Under the pieces are notes generated by a model. It was not told the DNA's origin, ran no database searches, and saw only the letters and a list, made by a program, of their open reading frames with translations. The translations under genes were made by a program, and so were the position numbers. From a virus (Duplodnaviria > Caudoviricetes): a DNA stretch of 64,000 bases. The DNA lies in IMG/VR virus record IMGVR_UViG_3300014204_000134, positions 36,453 through 100,452 of that record. One strand, 5' to 3'. Shown here in pieces: positions 9,394-20,000 of the stretch (its first letter is position 1; the number at the start of each line of letters is the position of its first letter).

Positions 9394-10437
9394 TTAATAG
9401 TAAACTATAAAAGCACTTTTGTATCCAGCACTCTTTATCTTATCTCTTAATATTTGTGCATCTATTTTATTTTCACATTTACCAACTTGAACTTTATGAT
9501 ATGAATTAATATAATATATATAAGCATTAAAACCCTTATTAATTAACACAGTCTTAGTATTTATAGCATTTTTTTCAATTTTATAATTACCTACTTGTAC
9601 CCTATAATATTTAGACGAAGGAGGTAGTGGAATAGGGTTTTTAAAATCTAATTCTATTGCATATGCTTCAAATACATATGGCATATTAAAATCTTTTTCA
9701 TGTCCTTCAAAAAATTTCTGCGACATAAAATAATGTCCTTTAAGTCCCCAATCATCTCCCCATGAATTACGAACTTTAACAAAACTAGTTAAGGTTATTC
9801 CATCTTTATATGTATAACTTAAATTTTTATTATAAGCTAATCCGAGAGTTGCATGTCCCCCATCAACAGTGCCTTCTGGCATACATAAAAATCCACCATC
9901 TTCAGGATGATAAAAACTAGTAGTTACAATTTGAGCAAAAAGAACTGGTTGATAATGAGATATAGCATGACAAACTTCGTCCCAAGTTTTAACTAAAGAA
10001 TATCCTTTAATTTTATAACCTAATGCTTCTTCCAATGCCTTTTGTGGTACTTTTGGTAATGGTTTTGACATCATAGAAAAAGGCATTGTTTTTTCTAAAC
10101 ATATTCCTTCTTTTCTTGCAATTTCTAATAATACTTTTGGGTACGTTCCATCTTCATTAAATTCTCCGTCTTCTTCTTTGGCCCTACAATATCCCTCGCA
10201 AACACTAGCAACATCAGGAGCATTATTTATTTTATTTTGTGCAGATAAAGCACCACAAACTGCTTCACTTACGCAACAAGGCCAAACATCTTGATCAAAA
10301 ATTGGTGGAAACAAATGCTCTATACTAAATTCGTCTGGTATATTCTGTAAATGCTCATCTGCTAAAGAAAATTTAATCGGATATTTATGAAGTTTCTTAT
10401 CATATGGCGAAGGTTTACATTTCCAACTTTTAAACAT
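9394..10437 (-). CDS. papain-family (C1) cysteine peptidase with C-terminal SPOR domain
   Basis: DQ....CC catalytic Cys region, GGHA, RNSWG..WG; C-terminal YRVQVG...NA / KVQVG...A..L...G SPOR pattern. Confidence 0.85.
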   Translation of the reverse strand: MFKSWKCKPSPYDKKLHKYPIKFSLADEHLQNIPDEFSIEHLFPPIFDQDVWPCCVSEAVCGALSAQNKINNAPDVASVCEGYCRAKEEDGEFNEDGTYPKVLLEIARKEGICLEKTMPFSMMSKPLPKVPQKALEEALGYKIKGYSLVKTWDEVCHAISHYQPVLFAQIVTTSFYHPEDGGFLCMPEGTVDGGHATLGLAYNKNLSYTYKDGITLTSFVKVRNSWGDDWGLKGHYFMSQKFFEGHEKDFNMPYVFEAYAIELDFKNPIPLPPSSKYYRVQVGNYKIEKNAINTKTVLINKGFNAYIYYINSYHKVQVGKCENKIDAQILRDKIKSAGYKSAFIVYY

Positions 10438-10449
10438 TAAATTCCTCCC

Positions 10450-10872
10450 TTATTTTGCAACTCCCCATGCAGCAGTTCCTAAAATTCCAATTAATCCTAT
10501 TACTGCAATCACAATCTCCCTTTTATTCCACCCTTTATTTAAATTAACTTCCATTTGATTATCATTCTTATCTTTTTTTGTTAAATAATTTAAAAAACTA
10601 TTACTCATTTGCAATATTGAATCAGTATTTTTGGTCATAATATCTTTAATATTATTAAAATTTTCTAAAGATGATTCACTATTTTTCATTAATACTGACT
10701 CAATATTTGATTGTGATTTTTCTATACTATCTAAACGTTGATTTGTAACAGCAAAATTCTTTTCTAATTCATTAATTTTATCTGTATTTTTTTCAACTTT
10801 GATTTCTATTTTTTCAATCTTACATTCTAATTCTTCATTATCCAAAGGGGACAACAGCATCATTCCTTCCAA
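10450..10872 (-). CDS. coiled-coil protein with C-terminal TM helix (lysis-associated, XhlA-like)
   Basis: Heptad coiled coil then IVIAVIGLIGILGTAAW; first gene of lysis block. Confidence 0.5.
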   Translation of the reverse strand: MEGMMLLSPLDNEELECKIEKIEIKVEKNTDKINELEKNFAVTNQRLDSIEKSQSNIESVLMKNSESSLENFNNIKDIMTKNTDSILQMSNSFLNYLTKKDKNDNQMEVNLNKGWNKREIVIAVIGLIGILGTAAWGVAK

Positions 10873-10993
10873 TTGAAATTAATCACCCTTTCATGGTATA
10901 ATAATTTCAACTCCTTTCAATGCACATTATTGATAGGGGAGAGGAGGGGAGTGGTTGGGTGAAACTGCTCCCCTCTGTTTTGTCGAATAATAT

Positions 10994-11197
10994 TTAATTT
11001 TCTTTTTTATCTTCTGTTATTTCTTCTGATATTTTATTTTTACTTTCTACTATATTACTTAATTTCATAATTTGAATTTGATATAAAACATTCTGTAAAC
11101 ATAACTCTACTACATTAAAAGGCAATTGACTTTGATTAATTACTTCACTAATTTTAGTATTAAATTGGGCAATAAAATCAATATTTTGTTCTGACAT
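10994..11197 (-). CDS. small hypothetical phage protein
   Basis: RBS AAAGGAG; 67-aa ORF. Confidence 0.6.
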   Translation of the reverse strand: MSEQNIDFIAQFNTKISEVINQSQLPFNVVELCLQNVLYQIQIMKLSNIVESKNKISEEITEDKKEN

Positions 11198-11284
11198 AAA
11201 TACTCCTTTCTAAAATATTTTTTATATAAATATTGACATTTTTAGTATTATTGTTCATAATATAGTAAAGGGAGGGATTAGATA

Positions 11285-11680
11285 ATGAAAAGAAAATCAT
11301 TTATTATTTTTATTTTGTTGTTATTGTTTACACTATCTAATATATCTTTTGCTTTTGCTGATGAAAATGAAACAATAGAATTTCCAACTAAATATGATGT
11401 ATGGAGTACTAAACCATTTACAGTAAAATTTAATAAACAGTATGATCCTGCTTCACTGGAAGGAAAAATATATGTTACAGATAAAGATAATAATAATGTT
11501 AGAATAAAATATACAATAGAATTATATAATAACTCTATTATAATTGAACCAGAAATATATTATCCTAAAAGAGGTTATGATTTGGGTGAATATATATTAC
11601 ACATTGATAAAGGAATTAAAGCAACTGATGGTTCAATTCTAAAACATAATATAATTATGAAATTTATTGTTATAAAATAA
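11285..11680 (+). CDS. secreted Ig-like (Big_5/SbsA-type) domain protein; moron
   Basis: Signal peptide MKRKSFIIF...AFA; VKFNK...I.V.D...Y.L.I..GIK..DG..L pattern; own promoter TTGACA-17-CATAAT. Confidence 0.7.
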   Translation: MKRKSFIIFILLLLFTLSNISFAFADENETIEFPTKYDVWSTKPFTVKFNKQYDPASLEGKIYVTDKDNNNVRIKYTIELYNNSIIIEPEIYYPKRGYDLGEYILHIDKGIKATDGSILKHNIIMKFIVIK

Positions 11681-11687
11681 TTATTTA

Positions 11688-14600
11688 TTAATGATACGCA
11701 GCAACATGTGCTGCCATAATATCATCAGTATATTGTTCTAATAACTGAATACAATAATTTATTATATTTGTAACCCAACTTTGTGTTGCAATTTCACTAC
11801 CGTTAATATAACCGGATAAACTATTAAAACTGCCATTCACATTTAGTTTATATGCACCTGGGGTAGTTGTGCCAATTGCTACATTGCCTTCAACAATTAA
11901 ACCATTCTGTAATGGAGTTGTACTAAAATAATAACTATTGCCTATAATTAAACTACCAGCAATGCCAATATAATTTTTATTTATATCGTAAGAAGGATAA
12001 CCACTCCCACTAGTTATACCTGGCGTTAAAAATATTGAAGTGCCATAACTTGAACCAATATTAACATTATCAGTAACATTTATCCATACTTCTTTATTAA
12101 TAGAACCACGTCTATATAAACTTAAATTACCATAATATAAAGAACTATTGCTGTATAAAGAATATAAGTTATAGGTTGCTGTACTACTTTGATAACCTAT
12201 AAGACTACCTTCAATCATATTTATCCATAAATCATTCGCACTTCTATTTGTAGAAAATTCTCCTGTTACATTTACATTTCCAGCAATATTTAAACTACTA
12301 CCATCCCAATCTAAATAACTCGTAGAATTACCTATTTTTAACTTCCATACTGAACTATCTTGTCCTAAAAAGAATCCTCCAGTACTATCAATATAACTTG
12401 TTTTTCCACCTAATAAATTACCTGCTAAACTTAAATTACCCAAAGTGTCCGTCCAAAATTTATCTACCCATGAACCACTTTCATATTTTTGAATCACAAA
12501 TGTTTTATTACTTGAATTAGTATCTAGTAAAATTTTATTAATACTGCTTGATAAAGTAATTGTACCTGGATTTAAAGTATCACTTTGTATCGTATTGCCA
12601 ATGATTGTTGATGCAGTTATATTAGTAGAAGTAATATTACTACCTGATATTGAACTACCTGAAATTGCTCCTGATATTGTTGCGCTTGTAGCAATTAAAT
12701 TACCTGCCATACTGACTCTGAAGGGAGCAGAAGCATAACTTGCATTTCCTAGATATATGCCAGAAGAATCTACCTTAAAAATATTATTTAAACTTCCGAT
12801 GGAAATAGTTCCACCAATTATAGAACTATTAGAAACAATAGATCCTGCTGTTAGCGTACCTAAAATATTTAAATTACCTATAGTTTCATCTACTTTAAAA
12901 ACATCGTACCAAACTCCACTTATTTGTCCTTGAATTTTAATACCATTATCTGTACCAAAATAATATTTAGCATTTGCTTTTAATAATTCTATGCCGGTTG
13001 ATTTTAAAGATAATCCACCCATTGTTATCCCTGTTTGATCTGCGGTTAAAGCATCATTATCATTACCGTCTTTTATATTAATACCATACACACCCGGAGC
13101 AATTTGACCTGCTGTAAATCTATCTATACCACCATAAACTACTCTCATACCCTTGAAATCATCAAATCGAAGTGAAGAATCATAGGTTTTACCTGTTTCT
13201 AAACCCTTAATTAATTTATCTATTACTGAAATAGTTGAATAATCTATAGTTCCACTTATAGAATCTTCAATACTAGCTGTGGTAGTATATTCTGTATATT
13301 GATCTATAGTCTTATAGTCAGAATAAAAATAAACAATAGGACTATATAATTTACCTTCGGCATCTATTGTAGTATGAACAGTTCTATATGTTCTGATTGC
13401 AAAACCATAATATTTATAATAATCTGTAGTAATGATAGTTTCTTTAAGGGGTAAATTGCGTAATATAATTCCTCTTGCATCCGAACAAATGGAAGTGTGA
13501 ATATCATCTTCATAATCAACAGTATAAACACCAGATGATGATCCAACTGAAATAAATAGTTCAAATCCATCAATTGGGTTAAGATCGTTAGGAAGATATT
13601 GCCAAGATAATGCAAGATTCTTTGATGTATCTACGTTGGTGTTATATTGAATTAGTAGAGAATTTGGAGCAGTTGGTATTGTTGAGTTGAAGAGGGAAGA
13701 ACCAATGTAATCCCCCGTTTTGGAGCGATCAAGCCAATCTGCTACCAATCCAGTAGCAACAGTAGGATAAGGAATACAATCAACTTGAGTATTCCAAGTA
13801 TTTTCTTGCATAGTATGTTTAATTGTACTCATAAGGTAGTCGTCGCTAATTCCTGTTGAACTTTCAACTACCGTACATTTTCCTAAAATTAAATATGCCA
13901 ACAGACTTGTTGCCGGTATAGATAATTTTTGAATTGGTTCATATAAATTTTGATATAAAAACTGCCCTAAAACCTTCGCTTGATTTTCACTAACTATGTA
14001 ATCATTAGATATTTCAAGTGTTTTTTCACCATATTTAGCAATTGAAACTTGATTAGTAAATTTTGCCTTTATAGGTTGGAAACTCGCAATAGGTTGACCT
14101 CTTAATATTAAAGTACTAATTGTTATAATATCGCTTGTATTATTTTTTAAGGTAAATCTTATTTTACTATCTTTTTGTTCAATTGTATTTACTAAATGAA
14201 CTGTATTAGCAGCAGGAATCGTTGAAAATTCCACTTCTTCACCTTGATTATATTCACTAACATTTTTGTGTGCTGAACATAATATAGTAATATTTGTTGC
14301 TGTATCAAAACTTATTGCATTATTACCTGATGCAGAATTATTTGTTATTTCAAGAGTATATAATCGTTCTTGTAAAGGAAGTAAAGCCATTGTTTGATAT
14401 TGATAATTTACACCAACTAAAGTTCCTACGGCTAAATTACTAGTAAGATAAATATAACCGTTTTCAATATCTATATCACTAATAGGAGATAGTGTTCCAA
14501 AATTAGGATCTGAAAGAATAACTACAGAATTATTTGTCTTATATTTATACTCGCCATCATCATCAAGTTCCATCTCTTTCCATAATGGTTTTTCATCTGT

Positions 14601-15410
14601 AGTAATTCTATTTTCGTGTCCAGCAACAATAGTATAAGATTCATTTTTAATTTCCTGAATATTGACATAGTTTTCCGAAACGAGTTGACTAGGGCATTCA
14701 CTCTTAAATTCACTTGATATAATTATTGAATTAATCACATCTTGATCCGAATATGTAATACTTAAATCCGAAATATTATCAACTGTGAATGAATGTTGTG
14801 AAATTTCACTATCTGAAAAAAATTGTTTGAATTTAAAAGTTTCTTCCTCGTAGCAAATTACACATAAACAACTTTCACAGAGAAGTTTTAATAACTCATT
14901 CCAGGTAGAATATAAATTTAAATCACATACAGGTATTACTATACCCGTGTTATATATACTTGTTAATTCACCAGAAGGGGTGCATTCTTGGAACGCACGC
15001 AAAATAATTTCTTCAATACGATAATTTAATAATACTTCTTTATTTGTAATTGCTTTTTTAAATACCTGTATATAAGATTCAGCAGAAAGAGAAAGTTGCT
15101 TACCTTTAACTTTCATATTATTTTTATTAAGGAAACCGCGAAAAATTTCCGAATAAGTATTGTTATACCCTGCAAGAATTTTAACTTTAGTTTTTGATAA
15201 ATCTGAATTAAAATATCCAGTTGAATTATCTACTGTTAATGATGCTGTGCTTGGATCAATATTAGATAATATATAGTTACTTCCTGTAGTTTGGATAGTA
15301 ACCTCAATTGATAAAACATAATCCGATATATCAGTTGCAAATGTATCTCCAATTAATACTTGATAGTTTTTTATTTTAAAAGTTTTTGCTGTTTCAGTTT
15401 GTATTGTCAA
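11688..15410 (-). CDS. tail tip / central fibre (host-specificity) protein
   Basis: Hub-like N-terminus (SIAKYGEK..EI..DYI), FN3-like middle, Gly/Ser/Thr-rich beta-repeat C-terminus; lies after TMP. Confidence 0.7.
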   Translation of the reverse strand: MTIQTETAKTFKIKNYQVLIGDTFATDISDYVLSIEVTIQTTGSNYILSNIDPSTASLTVDNSTGYFNSDLSKTKVKILAGYNNTYSEIFRGFLNKNNMKVKGKQLSLSAESYIQVFKKAITNKEVLLNYRIEEIILRAFQECTPSGELTSIYNTGIVIPVCDLNLYSTWNELLKLLCESCLCVICYEEETFKFKQFFSDSEISQHSFTVDNISDLSITYSDQDVINSIIISSEFKSECPSQLVSENYVNIQEIKNESYTIVAGHENRITTDEKPLWKEMELDDDGEYKYKTNNSVVILSDPNFGTLSPISDIDIENGYIYLTSNLAVGTLVGVNYQYQTMALLPLQERLYTLEITNNSASGNNAISFDTATNITILCSAHKNVSEYNQGEEVEFSTIPAANTVHLVNTIEQKDSKIRFTLKNNTSDIITISTLILRGQPIASFQPIKAKFTNQVSIAKYGEKTLEISNDYIVSENQAKVLGQFLYQNLYEPIQKLSIPATSLLAYLILGKCTVVESSTGISDDYLMSTIKHTMQENTWNTQVDCIPYPTVATGLVADWLDRSKTGDYIGSSLFNSTIPTAPNSLLIQYNTNVDTSKNLALSWQYLPNDLNPIDGFELFISVGSSSGVYTVDYEDDIHTSICSDARGIILRNLPLKETIITTDYYKYYGFAIRTYRTVHTTIDAEGKLYSPIVYFYSDYKTIDQYTEYTTTASIEDSISGTIDYSTISVIDKLIKGLETGKTYDSSLRFDDFKGMRVVYGGIDRFTAGQIAPGVYGINIKDGNDNDALTADQTGITMGGLSLKSTGIELLKANAKYYFGTDNGIKIQGQISGVWYDVFKVDETIGNLNILGTLTAGSIVSNSSIIGGTISIGSLNNIFKVDSSGIYLGNASYASAPFRVSMAGNLIATSATISGAISGSSISGSNITSTNITASTIIGNTIQSDTLNPGTITLSSSINKILLDTNSSNKTFVIQKYESGSWVDKFWTDTLGNLSLAGNLLGGKTSYIDSTGGFFLGQDSSVWKLKIGNSTSYLDWDGSSLNIAGNVNVTGEFSTNRSANDLWINMIEGSLIGYQSSTATYNLYSLYSNSSLYYGNLSLYRRGSINKEVWINVTDNVNIGSSYGTSIFLTPGITSGSGYPSYDINKNYIGIAGSLIIGNSYYFSTTPLQNGLIVEGNVAIGTTTPGAYKLNVNGSFNSLSGYINGSEIATQSWVTNIINYCIQLLEQYTDDIMAAHVAAYH

Positions 15411-15425
15411 ATATAAGTATCACCT

Positions 15426-15797
15426 CTATTCTTCTTCTAGTGTAAATGACATAGTATAATAAGGAGTAAAACTAGAATCGCATATTTCTTCTAAATCTAT
15501 AGTGTCGTTAGTAATTTGTGTCGTATAACTACTACTACTCGTAGGGTATCCGGTAAATGTAATTGAATTTGAAGAAGTAGATGTAAAAAGAGTAAGTAAA
15601 TTATCTTTATTTGCGGAAGATAATAGATCGAACTCTAGTAAAAAACAGTTTTTTATTATACTAAATTCAGACCACATTTTACCATTAAGTGCTCGAACAG
15701 AAGAATAACCTATACGTTTAACCGAAGGTTTGATATTTGATAATAAATCATCTATATTAATAGAAGAGGTAGTACTATTACTAAGGGTTATACTTAT
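15426..15797 (-). CDS. tail (distal-tail-like) protein; probable ATA start
   Basis: Frame open upstream of 15677 to ATA 15797 behind AAGGAGGTG; contains VRALNGK and ends FTLEEE, as in tail proteins. Confidence 0.6.
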   Translation of the reverse strand: MSITLSNSTTSSINIDDLLSNIKPSVKRIGYSSVRALNGKMWSEFSIIKNCFLLEFDLLSSANKDNLLTLFTSTSSNSITFTGYPTSSSSYTTQITNDTIDLEEICDSSFTPYYTMSFTLEEE

Positions 15798-16946
15798 TTA
15801 AACCACCTCCTTAATTAAATCATTTTTAGTTATTTTTCTTAATTCACCAAAATTATATTCTTTTTCATATTGAGAACAAATTATTTTACCATTATCAATA
15901 TCAAAATGAATCCATGAATGACCTGAATTTAAGTATTCTTTAGCATATTGAATTATTTCTATTATTTTATCATCTTGTGGTATTTTGTCCGTTATAGATA
16001 TTATTCTTATTTCTTTCCAATTATTATTATATAAGGCATACCATCTTTTCCTTTGTCTTTCATTAAATTCCTCTTTTGTTTCATTACCTAATTTAACACT
16101 TAGTTCATGCCCTCCAAAATCACATTCAATATAAATCATTTCTTCTGTAAATGCTATATCTAAATTACATCTACTAAAAGGATAATTTAATTCTCCACCT
16201 ATAAGATTATAAATATATTTTTGTTGATTAGAACAAGGAGCGGTACCATTTTGATATAATGTTTTTATTTGCTTCATTTTTATTTCAGTATTTTCACAAG
16301 GTGTTTTAGTTCCATACTTTGATAAATTAGTATTTACTTTTTTATTTTTAAACTCTTCTACTTGTGTTACATATTCGCAACCATATTTATTTAAATTTGT
16401 TTTTCTTAGTTTATCCAATCCTTCTTTAGTATTTAAATAGGTTTTTGCTCCATATCTTTGCATGTTTGTTTTTAAGGCACGTTCTTTTGATTCGTTTGTT
16501 TGTGAATAAAATTTATGATTGTATTTTTCATAGTTTGTTAATATTGCTTTATTTTTTATATCTTCATTTTTCATTGGATTATCAACACCATAATTATTCA
16601 ACCATGTATTTTTAGTTTTATTTTTCACATGTATTAAAGAACTTGTATTTTCTACGTTATACTGTAATAAATTACTCTCTTTTCTTTTAATATTTCTACA
16701 TTCCATACAACAATCTTTATGTATTATACTATTTATATTTTGTTTAATATATTCGCAATATGTTTTAATAAAAACTCTACCACAATAATCACATTCTACT
16801 TCAACTTTTATTTCACTGCCAGTTGATAATTCACTAATATATACTTCAAATTCATCTTTATTTTTTGTATAAATATATCCTTTATTTTCATAATATTTTT
16901 TGTTTTTTGGATTCCATTTTACTTTTATAATTTTAGTTTTTAACAT
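15798..16946 (-). CDS. free-standing endonuclease (KYG-repeat domain plus Vsr/DUF559-like nuclease)
   Basis: TNL.KYG repeats; C-terminal LDIA...IECDFGGH...W..IRI; N-terminus shared with 6643 and 30285 proteins. Confidence 0.7.
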   Translation of the reverse strand: MLKTKIIKVKWNPKNKKYYENKGYIYTKNKDEFEVYISELSTGSEIKVEVECDYCGRVFIKTYCEYIKQNINSIIHKDCCMECRNIKRKESNLLQYNVENTSSLIHVKNKTKNTWLNNYGVDNPMKNEDIKNKAILTNYEKYNHKFYSQTNESKERALKTNMQRYGAKTYLNTKEGLDKLRKTNLNKYGCEYVTQVEEFKNKKVNTNLSKYGTKTPCENTEIKMKQIKTLYQNGTAPCSNQQKYIYNLIGGELNYPFSRCNLDIAFTEEMIYIECDFGGHELSVKLGNETKEEFNERQRKRWYALYNNNWKEIRIISITDKIPQDDKIIEIIQYAKEYLNSGHSWIHFDIDNGKIICSQYEKEYNFGELRKITKNDLIKEVV

Positions 16947-17065
16947 ATAATCAACTCCTAACCATTGAGTTATTCTAACTAAAAAAGAAAATAAAGAAGG
17001 AGAGGGTTAGGATTATATTCCTCTCCTTATCAGTACAGTTGCGCTTCCGTACCTATCTTTATTTG
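16947..17065 (-). promoter_or_regulatory. structured leader element E2
   Basis: P1 AAATAAAGA/TCTTTATTT encloses GTACGGAAGCGCAACTGTAC and a hairpin whose TCCTAACC matches RBS GGTTAGGA. Confidence 0.65.
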
Positions 17066-17072
17066 TTAAATA

Positions 17073-20000
17073 TTACCATCTATTTTCTTCCATATCCTTC
17101 CAGTACCCAAATATTATTGTCGCTAGATCCTTCATTGCCATTTCGTTTGCTATAATATTTCCAGCATTTACCGAATATGACATATAATAGTTGGCCGGCA
17201 TGCTGCTTTCATACACAGTATTCTCTATCCTACTAGTCACCGTAGGTGTTATATTCTCTAATTCGGCAATATTTACATGTAATATACTCCCTAACGTTTG
17301 TGTCACAGAATTTAAACTATTTATTATTGAATTACTAAGAGAAGTACTTAGTCCACTTTGTAATTGTGCCATTATTACAGGTAATTTTTCTAAAACATTT
17401 GTTACAACCATAGGGATTGAGTTGAGGGAAGATTCTATTAGTTGACCCAATATCCCCCCAAAGTCACCAAATTGTGCAATTCCTGTTTCTATAGCGTCTC
17501 CAAACTCAGTACCACTAAAGAACGAGAATGCATCTTCGCCCATTTCGCTTAAAGTACCCGCCCATCTCTCCTGAACATCACCAAACGCATCCGTCAAAGT
17601 TCCAGACAAGTTAGCAAATCCTGAATCACTAAATATATCATCCCACATTGATTGCTGATTAGTTATCAAATCAACCATTGTTTGACTCATTTGTTCTTTT
17701 AGTTTATTAAATACTTCATCAGCAACTTCGCTACTTTCTTTGAGTATTTTACTTACCTGACCAGTAACAGTATAAATTTTATTTCCAAATTCATCCAATG
17801 ACTCCGTAAACAAATTGTCAAAACTAAATATATCACTAAATACACCTTTCAATTTTTCAGCAATTTCAATTTGTTTATTAATCTCTTCTAATTGTTCTCT
17901 TAAATCTTCAGCAGTTATAGGAGTTTGAGCCAAATCCACATTAATACTTGTTATTTTACTATTTATTTCAGTTAAAATTGCATCCAAATCAATATAACCC
18001 TGATTAATACCATCTATTAAACCTTCTGTAGTTGCTATTTGACCAACAACAGAATCATTTAATATTTGTGTATCAGAGATATTACTAATATAATTTTGAA
18101 TATCTTGTAAAATTCCACCAATTTGAGCACGGACACCTTCTGCTTCTTCACTAGTATCCGTAAAAAATCCATCTTCCATTTTATATATATCTTTATTTTC
18201 ATTATATAAATCTTTTATTATATTAAAATTGGTGATTAAATCCTCTTTTACATTTTCAAATCCTTCAAAATTATCAGTATTAGTTAATTCACCTATAATA
18301 GCTGATATACTATCAAAATCAAAAGTTAAATAATCTTTAGTTCCTGTCTCAACAGTTTCTGCTATATCCTGTATCGCACTACTATAAGTAGCAACACTGT
18401 CTAATAAAGAACCAACTTGATTATTAAATTCAGTAGTCATTTGCTCAAAACTAGTATAATCTGCTGAATCACTAATAAAATCTTCCCATGCTAATTTTAC
18501 TTCACCTAATTGTTCAATCATATAAGACTTAGCATTTTCAAATCCTACATATTTATTTGGATCATTCAATTCAGTAGCCATACTTGTAATTATTGATGCA
18601 AAACTATTTCTTAAAGAACCAACATTTTCTTTTGTTATTGTATCAAGGTTAATACTCCTTAAACTATTATTAATATATTCTTGTAATGGTGCTGCTAATG
18701 TCGTTGTTGTTTCTGTTGTCGTTTCTGTTCCCATGCCGAAATATTGTTCTATGAAATTCTTTAAAGGAGAAGCAAATGCTGTTTCATATTTTGCATTTTC
18801 TAAATCTTTTAAATCCTGTTCTAGTTTTGTTTTATATTCTGCTAAACCTTCTTGAACATCACCTGTATTAATTTTAAATTTCATTTCTTCTAAAGATTTT
18901 TGTTTATTTAATAATTCATCAATTTTACTTTTTTCTTCATCTATTCTTTGTTGAATATTATATTGTTGTAATTCTAATGGATCTGTTGGAATATCATCAT
19001 ACAAATGATTATATTTATTATATAATTCGTCAAAATAACTTCCAAATTGCTCATTAAAATCCATACTAATTAAAGTATCTTTAAAACCTTCAACTGTAGA
19101 AGTTAAGTCTTCTAGTTTTTTAATTGCACTATCAATATCTGCAAAAACCGAAGCAAACAATTGTGCTTGCTCTGTTGTTTGTGCTAAACCACGATTTAAA
19201 TCTTCAACACTACCTAATAAATATTGATATTCTTTTCTTGCTCGTTTTAAAATCTCAATTTCTGCTTCAGTAATTGTACCATTAGCTTCTTTTGCTTCTA
19301 ATGTACTTATTAGCCGTGATAAACCATTAATCTGTTGTGTTATTTGGTTTAGAGCAGTTCTACTATCTTGGATTTTTTGTATACTAGCATTATACATACT
19401 ATCTAGACTAGATAATCCGGTTCTAAAACTTTCTAATAGTTGCTCAAATGGTTCTAAATTTTTATTTTTCAAATAACCAACATTTTTAAAAATATATTTT
19501 TCAAAATCAATACTTTCTAGACTTTGTTTAAAATTATCACCAATATTTGATAATAAAGTATTTAATTCTTCTAATGATTTTAGATTGTATAATTTTAAAA
19601 TATCATTAAGTGCGCTTGCAGCGTTTGCTGCTGCCGTTAAATCAGTAGTAGTACCAGCAATTAAACCATTTATTGTTTCTAATAATTCAGGAGCCAATTT
19701 ACCATCTTTAATTGCTTGATTGATAATATCAACTATACTTTGCAATTGAGCAGACGCATCCTTATAGTCATCTTTTCCTGCCCATTCAGCAATTTGCGCT
19801 ATCATTTGATCTCTATAATCTAATAATGTTTGAATATTACCATCATTTAGATCTCCAGCTAATTGATTAAAATCAAATTTCATTCTTTCTAATTCTTTTA
19901 CTTGACTAACTAAATCATCAATTTTAGTCTTTGTTTTTTCTAAGTCAGATTGTAAAAATCCTAATAAATCACTAGGAACATCTTCAAACATATTTATAAA

